Assembly: GCA_964019335.1 (NCBI GenBank)
Contig: OZ025651.1
Location: forward strand, 806,001 to 870,000
Origin: Diplonema japonicum
Lineage: Eukaryota > Protista > Euglenozoa: Diplonemea
Direction of reading: 5' to 3'
DNA length: 64,000 nucleotides
Both the position numbers and the translations under genes were made by a program. Below, piece by piece: positions 59,463-64,000 of the stretch. The notes below the pieces were generated by a model. It was not told where the DNA came from. It was given only the letters and a program-made list of their open reading frames with translations, and searched no databases. Numbering within the stretch: the first letter of the stretch is position 1; every line of letters starts with the position of its first letter.

Positions 59463-62114
59463 ATGTCGGAAGCTAAACCGAAATTGAAGTCCATCATCAA
59501 CACGCTGGTCTCGCACAAGTCAAGGCGCCTCGACATGCAGGGCGAGAAGAAGCAGTCGTGTAGAACCGTGCTCGAAGCAGCGATGAAAAGGCAGTCTCTT
59601 GTGGAGTCCGAAGACGGTACGGAAGAACCGGTTTTATACAACGAGGGGTCGTTTATGGTGAATGAAGAGAGGTACTTAGCGATGCAAGGGCTGAAACATC
59701 ACAGGATGATCACGAAGCACATCGAGATGCTGGCGGATCAGCATGGGGGATCCGTGGAACTAGTAGAGGACCTAAAACGATCTTACGAGCAAAAAGAAGC
59801 CTTCGCGCAACGCCTCGTCGCGAAAAAAGAAGAACGGCTCGCACACCAATCAGCACGCGAAGCCACACACGTCGATAAGCTCCGCAAGAAAATAGAAGAC
59901 ATGAAAGGAACCCCTGAACCGGACAATCCTTATAACGACAGGGAACCGAAACGATGGGATTTGTTCTCCGACTCCGAGACAGGCCTGGAAAAAGAAAACA
60001 CAGTCCTCAAAAGGGAGGTTTCCGCCTTGCAAGAAGCCCTTGGGAACGAACAGGGAACCGTCGCGGAGCTTCGCATTGCTGCGTACAACGATCAACAGCA
60101 AATCACCGACCTCTCCAAAGCCTACCAAAAAACAACCCGGGATTTCTACAAATCGGCAAGAGCCGCGTTGCATAAAACCCAAGTTCTTCGAGCCTCCCTC
60201 GACACCATCACCGCGTCTGTTCACCCTTACATCACCTCAACCCTCCCATCATTGGTCATTGACGCTGCGGAAAGCCTGTTAAAACCCGACCCCCTGCTTC
60301 ATCAATGGGTCGTCAAAGACCTTCAACTCGAGGCTCAAACCCGCGACATCACCAAATCGTTTATAACAACACTTTTGGCGGCTTATAAAGCAGTGCAGTC
60401 TGCATGTGTTTGTGTCGATGCGAATTTTACGCCTTCAAGCAACACGGAGGGACAAGCTCGGGGTTTGGAGCAGGTTGTGAAGAATGTTGACGACGAGCTT
60501 GACAGAAAGAAGCTTTTCACGCTTTCAAAAGGCGTTGCGAGCACAATCTGCAGCCAGGTCAAAAATATGGAAGAAATCGTTCGGAGCGCAAGTGTCGACC
60601 TAAAGGCTGCTAAGGAAGAGCTTGCCATGATGAAGGTTGTGGTTGAGTCGCTCTCTGACGCCAACGCAAAGAAATCTGAAGAACTCTCCGCGGCGAATGC
60701 ATCCCTCGTGTCTTGCAACGAGAAGCTACAAGCTGCGGAGGAATGCAACCAGGTTGTCAACGAAACTGCGCACACCCCCACCCCCGCCAGACCATCTATC
60801 ACTACAACGCGGCTCGCTGTCAAAGCCGTTATCCACCACAACCGGTACAAGAACGCAGAGCGACGTGTTTCATCTCTCATGTGGGCGGCATATCAACAAC
60901 AAGCGTCTGCACTACTACAACCGACGGTTGCCACAATGGAGAAGAAGGTGTCGGAGGTGTCTATGCAAGTAGGATCGTCCCTGAACATCACGGAGTTTGA
61001 ACTGCCCGGGGCCATGCTTGACCAATCGATTGCATTACAGTCACGCAGCACCATTCCTGAGCCTCCCCCGGAACCAAAGCCCCCTCCCCGACAGGAACCT
61101 ACAATCGTTAAGAAAACCGAAGACCCCGAACCCGACCGGCAAACACTTCTGAACGGTAAGATCTGCAAGGTGTGGTGCTGGCGCTGCGGAGGCGGGCCCT
61201 TTCGGAACATCGGGCCGTGTCTCGTCTGTAAAACGGTGCTGTTCTACGGGGTCAACATCGCGGAGGAAAAGAAGAAGTTCATGTTCGAGGAGTACGAGCG
61301 GACGCTGCGGAAGTGGGTGCAAACATACAGGCAGCAACCTCCGCAAACCCCAAAGGACGAGAACACCATAGAAGGCAACCCTGTCGTGGTGGAGTACAAG
61401 AAGCACAAGAGACCGTCAGTGTCGCCACCCTCCTTCGCACCACACCACATTGAGAAACACGACAAAAGGCCCATGGGGGCGAGACGACAGCAGTCCATCG
61501 TACTTACAGAGTATCTGAAAAAACGTGAAATCTGCTTCCCTGACGATGGACCGTATCTCGGGCCGGAGGATGAGGATGACGAGCAGCTGCCCTTCTTGTG
61601 GAAGAAGAAGCAAAACCCCTGCGGAAAAGGTCTGCTTCAACTGGAGCTTCTCAACCCTGCCTTTGAGGAGCTACCTGAGTACAGTCGGACGACCATCGCA
61701 TCGACTGCAAAGGGTGTGACGCCTTACCTTTGTAAGGGTATTCTCGCCCCAAGATTAGCTGGAGTTGGGATCCCTCACCAAGCATCTACACCACCGGCTA
61801 GCCCGCCTGCCTTGAACCCGAAGGCCTTCCACACTAGTCAACGGAGGCGGCTGGGACGGCACTACCGTACTTTGCAAGGAAGCTACCCAATGTCGGGGCA
61901 GGAGTTAGCGCTCACCCCGATGCCTGACAGGGAGTGGGCATTGACAAAGATTCCACCCAAGAAGCCCGATCACAAAGAACAGGCCGCCCTTTATCCTTGC
62001 CCGCCAATATCCATCCCCACCGCTACCACGCAACAGCCTACCTGTTCCTTCAAGGAGTACCTGAACCTTGTTCTGCAAGATAAAGGGAAGGATCCCCCGT
62101 TGCCGCCTTTGTGA
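59463..62114 (+). CDS. Coiled-coil / Pro-rich hypothetical protein with a CxxC-CxxC motif
   Basis: Long ORF; the poly-Phe extension upstream of ATG 59463 is spacer; CWRC..CLVC. Confidence 0.72.
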   Translation: MSEAKPKLKSIINTLVSHKSRRLDMQGEKKQSCRTVLEAAMKRQSLVESEDGTEEPVLYNEGSFMVNEERYLAMQGLKHHRMITKHIEMLADQHGGSVELVEDLKRSYEQKEAFAQRLVAKKEERLAHQSAREATHVDKLRKKIEDMKGTPEPDNPYNDREPKRWDLFSDSETGLEKENTVLKREVSALQEALGNEQGTVAELRIAAYNDQQQITDLSKAYQKTTRDFYKSARAALHKTQVLRASLDTITASVHPYITSTLPSLVIDAAESLLKPDPLLHQWVVKDLQLEAQTRDITKSFITTLLAAYKAVQSACVCVDANFTPSSNTEGQARGLEQVVKNVDDELDRKKLFTLSKGVASTICSQVKNMEEIVRSASVDLKAAKEELAMMKVVVESLSDANAKKSEELSAANASLVSCNEKLQAAEECNQVVNETAHTPTPARPSITTTRLAVKAVIHHNRYKNAERRVSSLMWAAYQQQASALLQPTVATMEKKVSEVSMQVGSSLNITEFELPGAMLDQSIALQSRSTIPEPPPEPKPPPRQEPTIVKKTEDPEPDRQTLLNGKICKVWCWRCGGGPFRNIGPCLVCKTVLFYGVNIAEEKKKFMFEEYERTLRKWVQTYRQQPPQTPKDENTIEGNPVVVEYKKHKRPSVSPPSFAPHHIEKHDKRPMGARRQQSIVLTEYLKKREICFPDDGPYLGPEDEDDEQLPFLWKKKQNPCGKGLLQLELLNPAFEELPEYSRTTIASTAKGVTPYLCKGILAPRLAGVGIPHQASTPPASPPALNPKAFHTSQRRRLGRHYRTLQGSYPMSGQELALTPMPDREWALTKIPPKKPDHKEQAALYPCPPISIPTATTQQPTCSFKEYLNLVLQDKGKDPPLPPL

Positions 62115-62924
62115 CCGATTGTTTTTTGTTGTGTGTTTTTTTTTTCTTTTCTTTTTTTGGAAAAAAAAAAAAGAAAAAAGGAGGGGAAAAGATTCTTCCG
62201 ATTCTTTTTTTTCGTTCCCCCACCAAATGACTGGGACAGGTTTTTGTTTCGTTCTTATTATTGTTTTGAAGGCCTGGTATTTCGGTTCCTCTCTCTCCAT
62301 ATAGACAGAAGATCTTGTACCACCTGCATGCAACATCTCGTGCATCTCATCGAGGCTCGCTGTCATCGTTCTCTCATCGCTGTCGTCTGGGTGTTCCTCA
62401 CAAAAGCTGTCATCCTTCGCCTGAGAAGGGAAGCCCCCTCTTACCGTCTTAATGATAAGCGATTTAAAAGGAAGAGAAAAGAAAAAGGAAACGATGACGT
62501 GTTAGCGCAGGACGCTGGAGGTGAACTGGTTTCAAAAAGGGTTGAGCACACGTTGTGATTTTGTTGTTAGTTGACTTCACGTGCTATGGGGGGTCATGGG
62601 TCATGGGTCATGGGGGTCATTTGAAAAATCTGAGGCTTCCTGATGCAAATGTCTAACGCTATATATGTCTAGCCAGTTTTTATGTCCATCGATCCGAGTC
62701 CTTCGGAAGAACCACACAGTCGTAAATGGCTTTCAAAAAAAGGGGGTAACCGTCCAGTGGTTTTAAAAAGGAAAAGAAAAGAGAGATAAAAGTGACAAGT
62801 TGTGCATGAGGTCTTATTCTTCTTCGACGCCTTCCCTTTTGCCGCGACGCTCTATTTGCACGTATGAAACAATGTCTTCTGCATCTCTTCAAAGAAGTCA
62901 GAAGGGGAGGAAGAAAAGAAAAAG

Positions 62925-64000
62925 ATGGAGGTGTTCGTGCAGGACGCTGGAGGCAAACGGCACTTGCTGGTGTTGCAGGAGCGGGACACTGTTGCAGAGG
63001 TGACAAGAGAAGTGGAGAGGGTGCTGGGGCACGTGAAGGGGTGCACGGAGCTGAAGTACGAGGGAGTGGTGGTGGTGGATATGGTGGGGAGCACGAACTC
63101 CTTCTCTGGGCTGACGGGTATCACTGCAGGAGACGACATCGAAGCTGTCTGCTCGAACGCAAAACTGAAGGCAAAACTCAAGTCAGGAGAGATCACTTTC
63201 TCTGCCTCTTCTCCTGCTTCAATGCGCTGCAGCCCTGAAATCGTCCTCCTCGCAATGGAGCGGGATGCCGACCTGCTCCGCCACGCCTCTCCCTCCCTGA
63301 GGGGAGACAGGGATTTCATGCTGTTTGCAGTGGCTGAGAGCGGTTTCGGGGTGTTGAAGCACGCAACAGGGGACTTTCTCACCGACCCCCACTTCATGAC
63401 CTCCGTAAGCCGGGATGAACGACACCTTGACATTCTGCTGCACTTTTCCAAAAAGATTGTAGAGATGGACTGGAAGGTGCTGTTGCTGGATGAAGCCACG
63501 AACAAGAAGCTTCTCCCGTCGGACCCTGATTTCTGTCGGAAGGCCACGATGCTGCAGCAGTATTCCGCTCTCCTGGAAGTCTCCGAGGCTCTGTGGTGTG
63601 AGTGCGAGGAAGGAGTTTGTTTGGCGGCCGCATCATCTCTCTTGACAACAAAAAAAGCAGAAGGGGAATCCTTGTCGGGTGTGGTTCCCATCCTCAGGAA
63701 ACTGCTAAAGAAGCACTCGGTGGAGATCTCCTTCAAACAAAACATGGGGGAGATTCTTGGGGCGTTCTTACTGGGAATGCAGGTGGAGGTGAAGCACGAC
63801 GAGCTCGGAAGGCTTGCATCGCTGACACTCCATTCGCCTTGCTTGGTGATTGACTTCACAGGAGCGTCCCATGTGGCGGTTAAGGAGGAGCACGTCTCTC
63901 TGATGTTGAACTTTCGACACGTGAGGCTGAAGGGCGTGGGGGCTGATATAACTGACTCCTTTCTGAGAGGACATCACGGCCTGATCCACTTGAACATCTC
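62925..64000 (+). CDS. Ubl + DUF4116-like repeat protein, runs off the window end (not in the ORF track because it has no stop)
   Basis: MEVFVQDAGGKRHLLVLQERDTVAEV (Ubl-like); PEIVLLAMERDADLLRHASPSLRGDRDFMLFAV (DUF4116-like); open to position 64000. Confidence 0.8.
   Translation, partial: MEVFVQDAGGKRHLLVLQERDTVAEVTREVERVLGHVKGCTELKYEGVVVVDMVGSTNSFSGLTGITAGDDIEAVCSNAKLKAKLKSGEITFSASSPASMRCSPEIVLLAMERDADLLRHASPSLRGDRDFMLFAVAESGFGVLKHATGDFLTDPHFMTSVSRDERHLDILLHFSKKIVEMDWKVLLLDEATNKKLLPSDPDFCRKATMLQQYSALLEVSEALWCECEEGVCLAAASSLLTTKKAEGESLSGVVPILRKLLKKHSVEISFKQNMGEILGAFLLGMQVEVKHDELGRLASLTLHSPCLVIDFTGASHVAVKEEHVSLMLNFRHVRLKGVGADITDSFLRGHHGLIHLNI

Noticed and set aside
62210-62460. Minus-strand coding-like stretch (ORF 61905-62366)
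   Set aside because: Short, no motif recognised, runs into homopolymer spacer; at most a relic, not a gene breaking the strand rule.
62455-62475. CGATTTAAAAG resembling part of a diplonemid spliced-leader exon
   Set aside because: Only ~11 nt match; the conserved TTTCTGTACTTTATTG-GT part is absent. No SL RNA gene was found in the window.

Overview
Eukaryotic nuclear DNA, by inference from a euglenozoan protist, most plausibly a diplonemid. About 28 protein-coding genes all lie on the + strand across 64 kb. They are separated by short spacers built as T/C-tract, then AG, then a purine/A-rich leader before the ATG, the layout expected for polycistronic transcription with SL trans-splicing. Recognisable genes include a front-end fatty-acid desaturase, Ubl+ankyrin proteins, a Kelch/coiled-coil giant, GH47 mannosidase, PP1, isocitrate lyase, an AlkB-type dioxygenase, a roadblock dynein light chain and a Pol-beta-type nucleotidyltransferase. 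Three things stand out. (1) Seven or eight tiny GT-AG cis-introns (mostly 39-57 nt) have a poly(A) tract, not a polypyrimidine tract, before the acceptor AG. (2) A non-LTR retrotransposon family has no poly(A) tail and sits inside T homopolymers in the sense orientation, with a filled/empty site pair visible in the window and many short hairpin+oligo(T) remnants in the spacers. (3) A tandem pair of secreted proteins is built only of 4 and 6 copies of a domain resembling the aerolysin small-lobe (APT) lectin domain. The 48.4-54.6 kb interval is a transposon graveyard that interrupts the gene array. All family assignments come from motif recognition by eye, not database searches.
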